Both the position numbers and the translations under genes were made by a program. The notes under the pieces were generated by a model that saw nothing but the letters and a program-made list of their open reading frames with translations, did not search any database and was not told where the DNA came from. Below, piece by piece: positions 8,754 through 18,225 of a stretch of 64,000 bases of DNA (position 1 is its first letter; every line of letters begins with the position of its first letter). The DNA is from Actinomycetes bacterium. GTDB taxonomy: Bacteria; Actinomycetota; Acidimicrobiia; Acidimicrobiales; JAMCPL01. Location: the NCBI GenBank assembly GCA_021841005.1, contig JAKBVZ010000020.1, positions 20,752-84,751 of the forward strand, given 5' to 3'.

Positions 8754-10448
8754 TTACCGGCGGTGCAGGACGCTCCGATCACCCTGACGTAGCCCGGTAA
8801 TTACGTCTCTGTACGTACTGGCCGAATCCAATCCCATTGCATCGGTTGGCAATATCTTCGTGCCCCTCTCCCTGTCGACACCATGTATGCCAAACCTCGG
8901 CTGGTAACTGCCCCATTCGTAATTATCCGCAAGAGTCCAGTGAAAGTAGGACCCTACGGGGATTCCCGCGTCGATGGCACTCACCATGGCGGCGAGGTTG
9001 TCCCGTATATAATCTGGCCGTTGGAGCAAATCAAGGCGCGGGTAAGACCTGCCATTATGCACCCTGTTGCACATACCATTTTCCACGATCCACAATGACT
9101 TACCGGGTAATACGTTCGCACGACAGTACGTGATCAATCCTTCGGGATTCTCGGGATCCTCCCATAGAGGCTTAGCAGGGAACCATACCCTTCCACCAGA
9201 AGTCCGGTGCCCAGGCATGGCTACATGATGAGTGGATACGGGGTCATAATAGTCTATCCCCACGAAGTCCAACGCCATCTCGTAGTCGCTTGCATACACT
9301 GCATCCACGGCCATCTGGCTGGTCGGCAACCTGGCCGGCAAGGTCTCCGCCCGGGGGTATCGAGCAGTGCCACCGCCGACCCTGCGTTTCAATCCTTTGG
9401 AAGCGCCTACCGGAGAGTATCTTGCCGCAAGATGCCTGACCACCTGCTCGGCTCTGCCTACAGGGGGTAACTCCGCATACCATTCCCGGCGGCGCTCACC
9501 TATCCAGGCATCCAGGTCATCACGGGATACCCCGTAGCTACGGGCTGCCATGACATCTATAAGCATCTTGTCGAACTCGTAAATACTGACACAGGTATTG
9601 TTGGTGGTGACATCAGCATCGGGCTGCAACTTGTGTATGACCTCGTAAGCAGCTATATGGGCAGCCATTAGATGATCCGCACAGGTTGCCGCCTCCGCAA
9701 TGGACCACTTACGGCCTGGAGGGAATATGCCGAATAGGTAAGACCCCATCGTTATCACATTCATCTCGTTGATGGTGACCCAGTTGGAAACGTGCTCTTT
9801 CAGACGGTTCACCGCTAGGTCGACCCATCCGGAAAATATGCCGGCAGCATCGGGCATCAGCCAGAAATCCTCTCCAAGCCAAGCTGGATGCGTAAAATGA
9901 TGAAGCGTCACCAGGGGCTCCAGTCCTCTCTCCCTGCACGCCTTTGCAATCGCCACGTATCGATCAAGTGCCGACGCATCCACTTCACCTTCAGCCGGCT
10001 GTACCCTAGCCCATTCGATACTAAACCGGAATGCATCACATCCCATGGCCTGGACGAGGTCGAGCATCTCTTCATAGCGGTTCCAGAAGTCGAGAGCGAT
10101 GCCGGATGGTTCTACCCGCCCAGCCATCTCCCACCACAGCCAGTTGTTCGCAGGCTCACCCGGCCCGTTGAAACCACCCTCCACCTGAAAACCTGCTGTG
10201 GCAACCCCGAAGTGGAACCCATCAGGCAGTATTTGCTGTGGCCCTGCCTGGGCACCGGACCCTACCTGCCGGGGTGACGAAGGAACCTGCCGGCTGGCGC
10301 GGCGCGACCCAGCCTGTCGACTAGGTCCGGCCTGTCCTCGTGACCCGGCCTGTCTACGGTTGCCAGCCCTCGAAGTGGCTGAACTGGCCCCTTGCTTGCC
10401 TGCATTTTCCCTAGTTTCGTCAGTCTCGCCTACCATCCCCAACAGCAT
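8754..10448 (-). CDS. Glycoside hydrolase family 1 (beta-glucosidase-like) with Arg/Gln-rich N-terminal extension
   Basis: GH1 hallmarks are present: FHFGVATAGFQVEGG, acid/base TINEMN, nucleophile WIVENG. The first 75 aa or so are low-complexity RQAGS-type repeats. Confidence 0.85.
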   Translation of the reverse strand: MLLGMVGETDETRENAGKQGASSATSRAGNRRQAGSRGQAGPSRQAGSRRASRQVPSSPRQVGSGAQAGPQQILPDGFHFGVATAGFQVEGGFNGPGEPANNWLWWEMAGRVEPSGIALDFWNRYEEMLDLVQAMGCDAFRFSIEWARVQPAEGEVDASALDRYVAIAKACRERGLEPLVTLHHFTHPAWLGEDFWLMPDAAGIFSGWVDLAVNRLKEHVSNWVTINEMNVITMGSYLFGIFPPGRKWSIAEAATCADHLMAAHIAAYEVIHKLQPDADVTTNNTCVSIYEFDKMLIDVMAARSYGVSRDDLDAWIGERRREWYAELPPVGRAEQVVRHLAARYSPVGASKGLKRRVGGGTARYPRAETLPARLPTSQMAVDAVYASDYEMALDFVGIDYYDPVSTHHVAMPGHRTSGGRVWFPAKPLWEDPENPEGLITYCRANVLPGKSLWIVENGMCNRVHNGRSYPRLDLLQRPDYIRDNLAAMVSAIDAGIPVGSYFHWTLADNYEWGSYQPRFGIHGVDRERGTKILPTDAMGLDSASTYRDVITGLRQGDRSVLHRR

Positions 10449-10572
10449 TGCACATTATCCACCCTGCGCGCATATCCAGGATAACCTCCCGCGACCTGCG
10501 CCAATCGAGAGCGTAATCCACCATCATCCACCATGCACGCAAATACAGAGCGAGCCTGCCTGGTATACGGCC

Positions 10573-10678
10573 CAAGCTACTATGCTTTCCCACTTCGCCT
10601 CACTGCGCCTGTGCTCCGAGCTGTAGGAGCGCCTGTTGCGCAAGCTACTATGCTTTCCCACTTCGCCTCACTGCGCCT
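10573..10678. repeat. 38-bp perfect direct repeat flanking a 30-bp hairpin-containing spacer (68-bp period)
   Basis: CAAGCTACTATGCTTTCCCACTTCGCCTCACTGCGCCT occurs at 10573-10610 and again at 10641-10678. The spacer contains GCTCC-N8-GGAGC. It lies in the divergent intergenic region between the GH1 gene and the 10725 ORF. Confidence 0.9.
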
Positions 10679-10724
10679 CCCCACTGCGCTCTGTACTCCA
10701 TGGTAGGAGTAGACTTTAACGATA

Positions 10725-11744
10725 ATGGGAAACAGTACTGACATGGAATACAGCGCTGGCGGCCGCGATACGCTATCCATGAAGTGGCGTCGCCAGCGCG
10801 GGCGCTTGGAGGTCTGGTACGCTACGGTATCAGACCCCAGAAGCCGTTCCGGTTTCTGGATGCATAATGAGCTGATCTCCCCCATCGGGGAAACCGGAAA
10901 GCCGTTCATCCATGGATGGGCTGCTTTGTTCCGCAAGGGAGAACACCCGGTCATGGAACGCTACGGTCCTGTAGAAGTAGATTGTGAAGGGTCTGATTGG
11001 AATACGGAGGGCAGTTCCATTCCATTCATACCGACGATAAGCGGTATTACCTTGACGCCATCGCGATTGTCGGGCAAGCTGCATCAGCTGCAATGGGATC
11101 TGATACTGGACGGCGAGGGTGCCACGAAACCCCTCTTCACCTTTCCCTCCTGGGCATGGTCGAAAGAGATACTCCCGGGAGCACAGGTGGTTCCCGTTCC
11201 GAGTGTCTCGGTATCCGGGAAGATCCACCTCGAAGGTACCATGGGTGCTCCCCTCGAGCTGTCCGGCCAGGCTAGAGGTAACCTTGCCCACATATATTCC
11301 CACAGCAACTCGAAGAAATGGGGATGGCTCCATGCAGACCTGGGGGATGGCAATGTCCTGGAAATCGTGTCCGCAGTGCCTACCCGACCCGGATTGTCCG
11401 CCCTACCACCATTCACGCTTCTCCAGCTCAGACTTGGCAGTACCGACTGGCCCCGCGACCCGATGTTGGCCGCACCATTGTTCAGATCCTCGCTCGGCCT
11501 TCCCCGCTGGTCGGTCCATGGAACCCTCGGACGCTGGCGAGTGAGGGTGAACGTCACCTTGCCAGAAACCGAAGCGATCACCGTGGCTTACAAGGATCCA
11601 GACGGCTCACCTGTCACGTGTACCAACTGTGAGGTGGCGGATGCCGAGATAATCCTCGAGCACAAGTCCGCATCTGGATGGAAAGTTGAGAACAAGTGGA
11701 TGCTGGATGGGTGTGCCCACGCAGAAATAGGAGATAGGCCATAG
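10725..11744 (+). CDS. Hypothetical protein
   Basis: 339-codon ORF with good coding look, tightly followed by the aldehyde dehydrogenase gene. I recognise no diagnostic motif; any resemblance to a beta-barrel fold (tocopherol-cyclase/AttH-like) is only an impression. Confidence 0.5.
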   Translation: MGNSTDMEYSAGGRDTLSMKWRRQRGRLEVWYATVSDPRSRSGFWMHNELISPIGETGKPFIHGWAALFRKGEHPVMERYGPVEVDCEGSDWNTEGSSIPFIPTISGITLTPSRLSGKLHQLQWDLILDGEGATKPLFTFPSWAWSKEILPGAQVVPVPSVSVSGKIHLEGTMGAPLELSGQARGNLAHIYSHSNSKKWGWLHADLGDGNVLEIVSAVPTRPGLSALPPFTLLQLRLGSTDWPRDPMLAAPLFRSSLGLPRWSVHGTLGRWRVRVNVTLPETEAITVAYKDPDGSPVTCTNCEVADAEIILEHKSASGWKVENKWMLDGCAHAEIGDRP

Positions 11745-11760
11745 ACAACGGAGGTAAGCC

Positions 11761-13290
11761 ATGGACAAGCTAGTAAAAGATACTGTGTTGGACGAGGTGG
11801 TAAAAGAGGATGCCGACGAAGCAGTAGTCGCATCCGCTCTCGAGCTGGCACGATCTGCGTTCGCTGAGTGGAAAACGGTTCCTATCTCCGAAAGGTCTCA
11901 GCTCCTGAGAGCCATCCGGTCCCAGTTGCTCAACCATATGGACGAGATGGTTGAAATCATGACCGAGGAAACCGGCAAGGTAATTACCGAAGCAATTGTA
12001 AGCGAGGTGGTTGTGGCCTGCGAAGTACTCAGTTACTACGCTTCCCGTGCTCAGGACATCCTGCGCACTCGGTCGGTATTCCCGGGGTTGTTGATCCATA
12101 AGCGCGCCTACATACGCTACGAGCCACTCGGGGTAATAGGCGTGATCAGCCCTTGGAACTACCCGCTGGTGCTTGCAATAGGTCCTGTAGCAACTGCTCT
12201 GGCAGCAGGCAATGCGGTCATACTCAAACCGTCCGAATACACACCAAAGACCGGTGTGCTCATCGCCAAGCTGATAGCTCGAGCAGGAGGTCCGGAAGGT
12301 TTGGTACAGGTGCTCACAGGGCATGGACCCACCGGTGAAGCCCTGGTACGATCGGGCGTGGACAAGATAGCATTTACCGGATCGGTAAGGAGCGGGAAGG
12401 CCGTGATGCGTGCAGCCGCAGATAATTTGACTCCGGTGCTTCTGGAGCTGGGAGGAAAAGATCCATTCATCGTGTGCAAGGACGCCGATCTCGATAGAGC
12501 AGCAAAGGCATGCGTCTGGGGATCTTTCACCAATTGCGGGCAAACATGCATGGCTACCGAACGCGTGTATGTGGTAAAAGAAGTCTACGACATATTCGTG
12601 GACAAGGTGTTGGCCCTGACCGCCCGGCTCCGTCAAGGCAATGGCCCAAGTGACGACATAGGCGCCGTTATCCACGAAGGTCAGCTCGGAATCATCGACA
12701 GCCATCTGGCCGACGCTCTGGACAAAGGAGCGAGAGTGGCCTACGGAGGCGAACATGTAGATGTAGCCGGCAGGCCTTCAATGCAGCCCACCGTTCTTCT
12801 GGACGTAGACCACTCGATGGCGGTAATGACAGAAGAGACATTCGGGCCATTGCTCCCGATCATGAAGGTCGAGGACGTGGACGAGGCATTGAAGCTGGCC
12901 AATGACAGCCGGTACGGGCTCAACGCATCTATCTTTGCCAAAGATCCCCAGACAATCGAGAGACTGGTGGCTGGTATCCGATCAGGCAACGTATGCGTGA
13001 ACGATGTAATGATATCTTATGGGATACCCGCACTACCCTTTGGCGGTATAGGTGATTCGGGATTTGGCAGGTCTCACGGACCTGAAGGGTTGAAAGAGAT
13101 GTCCCACCTGAAGTCGGTCGCCGAAGACCGCTTCGGACTCGGAAGGGAACCTTCCTGGATGCCCGTGCCTTCCTGGCTGGGCGGAGCGGTGAAGGCGAGC
13201 CTAAGGCTACTGTACCGGCCCGGGCGCGCAGGATCATACAACAGCGCCGGACAGCCACTGTACGTGAATGGCAACCGGGTGGAGTCTTGA
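11761..13290 (+). CDS. NAD(P)+-dependent aldehyde dehydrogenase
   Basis: ALDH motifs are present: ELGGKDP, catalytic-Cys region FTNCGQTCMATERVYV, EETFGPLLPI. Confidence 0.9.
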   Translation: MDKLVKDTVLDEVVKEDADEAVVASALELARSAFAEWKTVPISERSQLLRAIRSQLLNHMDEMVEIMTEETGKVITEAIVSEVVVACEVLSYYASRAQDILRTRSVFPGLLIHKRAYIRYEPLGVIGVISPWNYPLVLAIGPVATALAAGNAVILKPSEYTPKTGVLIAKLIARAGGPEGLVQVLTGHGPTGEALVRSGVDKIAFTGSVRSGKAVMRAAADNLTPVLLELGGKDPFIVCKDADLDRAAKACVWGSFTNCGQTCMATERVYVVKEVYDIFVDKVLALTARLRQGNGPSDDIGAVIHEGQLGIIDSHLADALDKGARVAYGGEHVDVAGRPSMQPTVLLDVDHSMAVMTEETFGPLLPIMKVEDVDEALKLANDSRYGLNASIFAKDPQTIERLVAGIRSGNVCVNDVMISYGIPALPFGGIGDSGFGRSHGPEGLKEMSHLKSVAEDRFGLGREPSWMPVPSWLGGAVKASLRLLYRPGRAGSYNSAGQPLYVNGNRVES

Positions 13291-13406
13291 TCGGGAGGTA
13301 TCGGCAATCTTGTAAATATGCCGGATATGCATTAGTGTGTCTGTAGGGTTGAAATTGAATAGGTTCAAATTCAGGATGTCCCGGCAAGTAAGGAGGTATC
13401 AATTAC

Positions 13407-13769
13407 ATGAGTTTTCTAGCTGACCCGCCATTGCTAGTGGCATCGGGTATCGCTATCGACTCGGTAGTATCCGATGAAGATACAGCGAAGAAGCTGGAAA
13501 TGGGGACATTGCTGGTTTTCCTGCTGGTGTCGACATCTCTCTATCTCAACCTGGGCTGGGTAAAGCGTTTCTGGCAGTTCTTCGGAGCAAAATCCGGACG
13601 AGATTTCATGTTCAACTCGGGAGTGCTCCCGCTAAGTGACGTAAATACCACCACCAGGAAGCACCTGCTATCGGTAGCCCTCTTTGCCACCTATCCTCTA
13701 TGGCTCCGGATGGGACGTAAGCTCGGGGCCAGGATGCGGGCAAACCGTTCAGCGCTCTCCGCACGCTGA
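13407..13769 (+). CDS. Small hypothetical membrane protein
   Basis: 120-codon ORF preceded by AAGGAGG. It has predicted hydrophobic segments. No recognisable family. Confidence 0.4.
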   Translation: MSFLADPPLLVASGIAIDSVVSDEDTAKKLEMGTLLVFLLVSTSLYLNLGWVKRFWQFFGAKSGRDFMFNSGVLPLSDVNTTTRKHLLSVALFATYPLWLRMGRKLGARMRANRSALSAR

Positions 13770-14128
13770 ACTGGCATACCTGCGACAATACGCTTCACAT
13801 CTTCACGCTTCACATCTTCGTCTATTCTTCGAGCACGTTGGGCAGCGAGGCATATTGACTGATTAGTCAATATGAAGCTACGGCATAGGATGCACAAGCA
13901 AAGCATCAGGCCACTAGAACATGTACCATCCGCCAGTGCAGCAAAACAGGCATCTACAGATACAACATAGATTATAGATTCCGGCGAAGGTGCGGACTTG
14001 GTGGCAGGAAGATCACAGTACATGGACCCCTCCGGTATGCCGATTGATGGATTAGTATAGTGTATCGTAAGTGCCAAGTATAAGCTAGCGCCAAATATAA
14101 GTACCCAATCATAAGGAGGTAAAAATCA

Positions 14129-14899
14129 ATGCCAGTCGTAGAACGGGATCGCAAGGGTCACGTAGAAATCATCACCATCGATCGCCCGGAGGCCAGGAAC
14201 GCAATCAACGGTGAAGTGACCTCGAAACTCTCCGAAGCATTCGATGAGATAGCCGATACCGAAGATGCTTGGGTAGTCATACTTACTGGAGCAGGCGATA
14301 AATCGTTCTCCGCTGGCATGGACCTCAAGGCTTTCGCTGCCGGTGAAGGAGCATCTATAATCGGCGCCAAGGGAGGCTTTGCAGGCATAGTGCAGAGAGA
14401 TTTCCCCAAACCGATTATCGCAGCCGTCAATGGCTCAGCTCTGGGAGGGGGATGCGAAATTGCCTTAGCCTGCGATCTTATCGTAGCAGCAGAACATGCC
14501 ACATTCGGTATCCCAGAAGTGAAACGTGGTCTTATAGCCGGCGCAGGCGGCCTCATAAGGCTGCAACGCAGGGTCCCGCTGGCCTTAGCCCTCGAAATGG
14601 GGCTCACTGGCGAACCGGTCAGCGCAGCCAGGGCAATAGAAATTGGCCTCGTGAACAGGGTTGTACCGGCCGACCGCCTGATGGACGAGGCGTTGGCACT
14701 TGCCGGGACCATAGCGGCGAACGCCCCCCTCGCCGTACGTTGGTCAAAAAAGGTAATCCGGGAGTCAGTCTTCATGACCGAGGAGGATGGATGGAAGCTC
14801 AATAGCGAAGCCGTTGGCGCGGTGTTCACCTCTGCGGATGCAATTGAGGGTCCCACCGCATTCGCTGAGAAGCGCAAGCCCAACTGGCAAGGTAAGTAG
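14129..14899 (+). CDS. Enoyl-CoA hydratase/isomerase (crotonase family)
   Basis: Typical crotonase sequence: ITIDRPEARNAI, VILTGAGDKSFSAGMDLK, AAVNGSALGGGCEIALACD. AGGAGG RBS upstream. Confidence 0.9.
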   Translation: MPVVERDRKGHVEIITIDRPEARNAINGEVTSKLSEAFDEIADTEDAWVVILTGAGDKSFSAGMDLKAFAAGEGASIIGAKGGFAGIVQRDFPKPIIAAVNGSALGGGCEIALACDLIVAAEHATFGIPEVKRGLIAGAGGLIRLQRRVPLALALEMGLTGEPVSAARAIEIGLVNRVVPADRLMDEALALAGTIAANAPLAVRWSKKVIRESVFMTEEDGWKLNSEAVGAVFTSADAIEGPTAFAEKRKPNWQGK

Positions 14900-14990
14900 C
14901 ACCAATTGGCAACCGTCAATCATATCGAGGGTGTGGTAGTTTTTACCATTACTATCTCGTAGCGATATGTAGCCATAGCAATTCACGGCA

Positions 14991-15419
14991 ATGACTTCGG
15001 CTCAACTGGCCACAGGTACTTTGGCTCCTGCCGTAACGGCCATCCGGCTATCGCTTCACGTACTGGCGGCAACAGTATGGGTGGGTGGGCAATTCACGGT
15101 GCTCGGGCTACTGCCTACAGTCAGGGGATTCGGTGCAGAAGCACCTACTCTCGTTGCAAGAGCACTGGCGAGGATTCTATGGCCTGCATACGCCATACTG
15201 GTACTCACAGGCATATGGAATATACTCGCCATCGGTGGGCCGGAGAATTCCACTTGGTGGATCGTACTGTGGGTAAAAATTGGCGTGGTCCTGCTAGCAG
15301 GAGCAAGCACCCTGCTCCACTCGAAAACAAAGAATAGGCGAGCAATGGCGGTATGGGGTGCCGTGGCGGGACTGTCATCCGTCGTTGCACTTGTACTGGG
15401 CGTATTTCTTGCTGGATAA
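14991..15419 (+). CDS. Integral membrane protein, CopD-like four-helix domain
   Basis: Four hydrophobic helices. The motif LHVLAATVWVGGQF resembles CopD/DUF2269-type proteins. The functional call is weak. Confidence 0.45.
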   Translation: MTSAQLATGTLAPAVTAIRLSLHVLAATVWVGGQFTVLGLLPTVRGFGAEAPTLVARALARILWPAYAILVLTGIWNILAIGGPENSTWWIVLWVKIGVVLLAGASTLLHSKTKNRRAMAVWGAVAGLSSVVALVLGVFLAG

Positions 15420-15602
15420 TCCTATTCATAGCCTTACGTACGTACCACGCATGGTAAACACCTACTCCGGGTGCAATGCAAGCAATGCAATTGTGGTATA
15501 GACTTAAAGGTAGTTGTAGTGCAATTGCACCGGTCGATGCAGTTGTACTCGACTGGTCATGCAACCGTCCATTGGACGATTGCACAAGCAGAGGAGGTTG
15601 AT

Positions 15603-15833
15603 GTGCACGGAGTGCTCATAGCTGACATATTTGGTCCCGATATTGTTGTCGTAGTACTGCTCGCGGTGGTACTACTCTTTGGAGGCAGCCAGTTGCCCAA
15701 ACTTGCCCGTTCCCTGGGATCGGCGTCTCACGAATTCAAGAAAGCCGTTGAAGAGGGCGGTAAGGCGGACCAGCCCGAACAGAACAACAGCAACGCTAAC
15801 AACACGGATTCCAGTAACGGCAAGACCGAATAG
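15603..15833 (+). CDS. tatA: Twin-arginine translocase subunit TatA/E
   Basis: The core IVVVVLLAVVLLFGGSQLPKLARSLGSASHEFKKAVEEG matches the TatA TM plus amphipathic helix. I moved the start to the GTG at 15603, 5 nt after GAGGAGG (ORF track starts at 15471). Confidence 0.8.
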   Translation: MHGVLIADIFGPDIVVVVLLAVVLLFGGSQLPKLARSLGSASHEFKKAVEEGGKADQPEQNNSNANNTDSSNGKTE

Positions 15834-15906
15834 TTGCTCGGCCAAGTCGAGCAAGTGAGCATCGTGCCGTGCCTCTTATAATGGGAGGTATCGTGCCGGT
15901 GAGAAC

Positions 15907-17181
15907 GTGCTGTTGTTCTGCGGGACGGACCAGCAAACAATAAAACGGAGCATGCTCTCTTACAATACCTCCTATGCAAAGCCTGGAGCCGGACTGCCCA
16001 ATTGGATCGTAGTGATCATAGCTGCTGCAGGTGGATTGGTAGTAGCCAACCTCTACTACGTCCAACCTCTTCTTCACGCTATAAGCATCGACTTCAGGAC
16101 CACGCCCGCAGCAGCAGGATTACTGGTTACCACGTCCCAACTGGGATTTGCCGCCGGTCTAATGTTGCTCGTTCCTCTCGGAGATCTCGTGGAAAGGCGA
16201 AGGATGGTCCTCGCACTCCTCGTCCTATCAGCCGTGGCTCTCGCAGCATTCGCCATGTCGCCCTCCTTGATCCTGCTCGAGATGCTGGCCGTGGCCATAG
16301 GCGCCACTTCCGTGGTGGCACAGGTACTCGTTTCTTTCGTAGCCACAGTGTCCACAGAAGAAAACAGGGGAGCAATGGTGGGACGGACGATGAGTGGATT
16401 GCTGCTTGGCATAGTACTCGCTCGAACCATATCCGGAGCACTGGCCCAGGTGGCCGGGTGGAGAAGCATCTACTGGACAGCAGCTGCAGCAATGCTGGCA
16501 ATGGCGCTCCTGCTCGGGTACGTACTACCTCGTTTGCAGCCGCAATTCAAGCATGGTTACCGGCGGCTCCTGCACTCAGTCGTTGCACTCTTTCTCGAAG
16601 AGCCGGTGCTCAGGCGGCGGTCACTCTATGGCGCTACCAGCTTCGCGGCGTTCAGCGTGCTCTGGACCAACCTGGCCTTCCTGCTCTCAGGGGCACCATA
16701 CCATTACGACACCATAGAGATAGGCATGTTTGGCCTGGCAGGAGCCACCGGCGCTCTATGCGCTTCCGTGGCGGGTAAACTCACCGATCAGGGTCACGCC
16801 CGCATAGCCTCCATAGTATTTTTTTCCACCACTACACTGGCTTTCGGTCTGCTCGCTCTGGGCGGAACATCCCTTCTGGCCTTGCTGGCAGGGATCATCT
16901 TGGTCGATCTCGGTGTATGGGGAGCGCAGGTCTCCAATCAATCGCTCATCTACCGTCTTCGCCCTCATGCACAAAGCCGTATCACGACCATATACATGAC
17001 CTCGTACTTCATCGGGGGAGCGATAGGCTCAGCAACTTCGGCAATCCTCTATACGAAGGAAGGATGGATCGCCACTTGCGTCCTAGGGGCGGCCTTTGGC
17101 TTGATAGCCATCATCTTCTGGCTGGCGGAACGGCATAGCTTGGGCGACTACTACAGTCAGCTCACCCCGGTACATAAGTAA
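15907..17181 (+). CDS. MFS transporter
   Basis: About 12 predicted TM helices, with an MFS-like loop motif LGDLVERRRM between TM2 and TM3. Start uncertain. Confidence 0.75.
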   Translation: MLLFCGTDQQTIKRSMLSYNTSYAKPGAGLPNWIVVIIAAAGGLVVANLYYVQPLLHAISIDFRTTPAAAGLLVTTSQLGFAAGLMLLVPLGDLVERRRMVLALLVLSAVALAAFAMSPSLILLEMLAVAIGATSVVAQVLVSFVATVSTEENRGAMVGRTMSGLLLGIVLARTISGALAQVAGWRSIYWTAAAAMLAMALLLGYVLPRLQPQFKHGYRRLLHSVVALFLEEPVLRRRSLYGATSFAAFSVLWTNLAFLLSGAPYHYDTIEIGMFGLAGATGALCASVAGKLTDQGHARIASIVFFSTTTLAFGLLALGGTSLLALLAGIILVDLGVWGAQVSNQSLIYRLRPHAQSRITTIYMTSYFIGGAIGSATSAILYTKEGWIATCVLGAAFGLIAIIFWLAERHSLGDYYSQLTPVHK

Positions 17182-17279
17182 GCGTCGGCAGACGCCGCTT
17201 CTCACCGGTTACCCTCTCTCTAGTCTCTTTACTCTCTTGATGATGGCCATAGTGCCCTAGCAGGTACCTACCTTAGATT

Positions 17280-18197
17280 ATGGCGCCGACTTTCCTATGT
17301 CCCCAAGAGACTAGTATTATGTGCTGTATGACTCATCTCAATGTGGAACGGCTGAAGGAACGGCCTCGCGGAACGAATCCCTCGAGAGACTCAGTTGCTC
17401 GGCATCTTAACCATCTACGTCCCGCCATCTTGGTGCCAGCACTCGGGTTGTTGCTCGCTGCCTGCAGCCTGCCCAACTACGGTGGCTACAAGGGAGCCAC
17501 GACCCAGGGACACGATACCCACCTACTCTATGCCGGGCTCTTCACCACGGCCATCGTAGTAGGAGGCATTACGCTCAGTTTGATCTTGTGGTCGGTATTT
17601 CGCTACAAGAAGAGATCGGATGCAATGCCTCGCCAGTTCCAGTACCATATCCCCTTAGAAATCACCTATACGGTCATCCCTATCATTATCGTATTGGTGG
17701 TTTTCTTTTTTACCGTAGGCGTGGAGAACAAAGTGGATGCAGTCAGCTCCAACCCGTATGTACAAGTAAAGGTTACCGCCTTCCAGTGGGGATGGAACTT
17801 CGATTACCCGCAATTACATGTGGACGTGCATGGCGTTACCCTGCAAAATCCAGAGATGGTGCTCCCGACCGGCAAGACCGCTCGCATCACCCTGGTCTCG
17901 GCCGACGTCGTCCATGGCTTCTACGTCCGCCAGTTCAATTTCAGCAGGTACGCTCAGCCTGGCGTCATCAATGTCTTCGACCTGACCATACGCCACTCAG
18001 CCACCTACCAGGGACAGTGCACACAGTTCTGCGGCCTCTATCATGCCGAGATGCTTTTCCGAGTGAAGTCAGTCCCTCCTGCACAGTTTCAGGCCTGGGT
18101 GCACCAGCAGCAGGCTACCGGACACGACAAAGCTGTGGCAAAGCAGCCGTCGCCGATCGTCAAGGTCAGGTCGACCAATTCCAGGACCAAGATATGA
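17280..18197 (+). CDS. ctaC: Cytochrome c oxidase subunit II
   Basis: Lipoprotein-type signal LLLAACS, two TM helices, and a CuA centre (HGFYV...CTQFCGLYHAEM). Directly upstream of ctaD. The true start is probably internal to the ORF. Confidence 0.85.
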   Translation: MAPTFLCPQETSIMCCMTHLNVERLKERPRGTNPSRDSVARHLNHLRPAILVPALGLLLAACSLPNYGGYKGATTQGHDTHLLYAGLFTTAIVVGGITLSLILWSVFRYKKRSDAMPRQFQYHIPLEITYTVIPIIIVLVVFFFTVGVENKVDAVSSNPYVQVKVTAFQWGWNFDYPQLHVDVHGVTLQNPEMVLPTGKTARITLVSADVVHGFYVRQFNFSRYAQPGVINVFDLTIRHSATYQGQCTQFCGLYHAEMLFRVKSVPPAQFQAWVHQQQATGHDKAVAKQPSPIVKVRSTNSRTKI

Positions 18198-18225
18198 GTA
18201 AAACATTACACGAAGGATCACCGAG

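Noticed and set aside
11770-12756. A 328-aa minus-strand ORF opposite the aldehyde dehydrogenase. Similar antisense ORFs occur at 14158..14919, 18166..19026, 20870..21574, 23221..24401, 41068..42057 and 50511..51125.
   Set aside because: Each lies entirely inside a gene with strong family motifs on the other strand and shows no recognisable domain. I treat them all as non-coding shadows.
13790-13819. A 15-bp tandem duplication, ACGCTTCACATCTTC x2, downstream of the small membrane-protein gene.
   Set aside because: It is real but tiny (two copies). It has no hairpin and no relation to the 68-72 bp family, so it is probably a simple slippage event.
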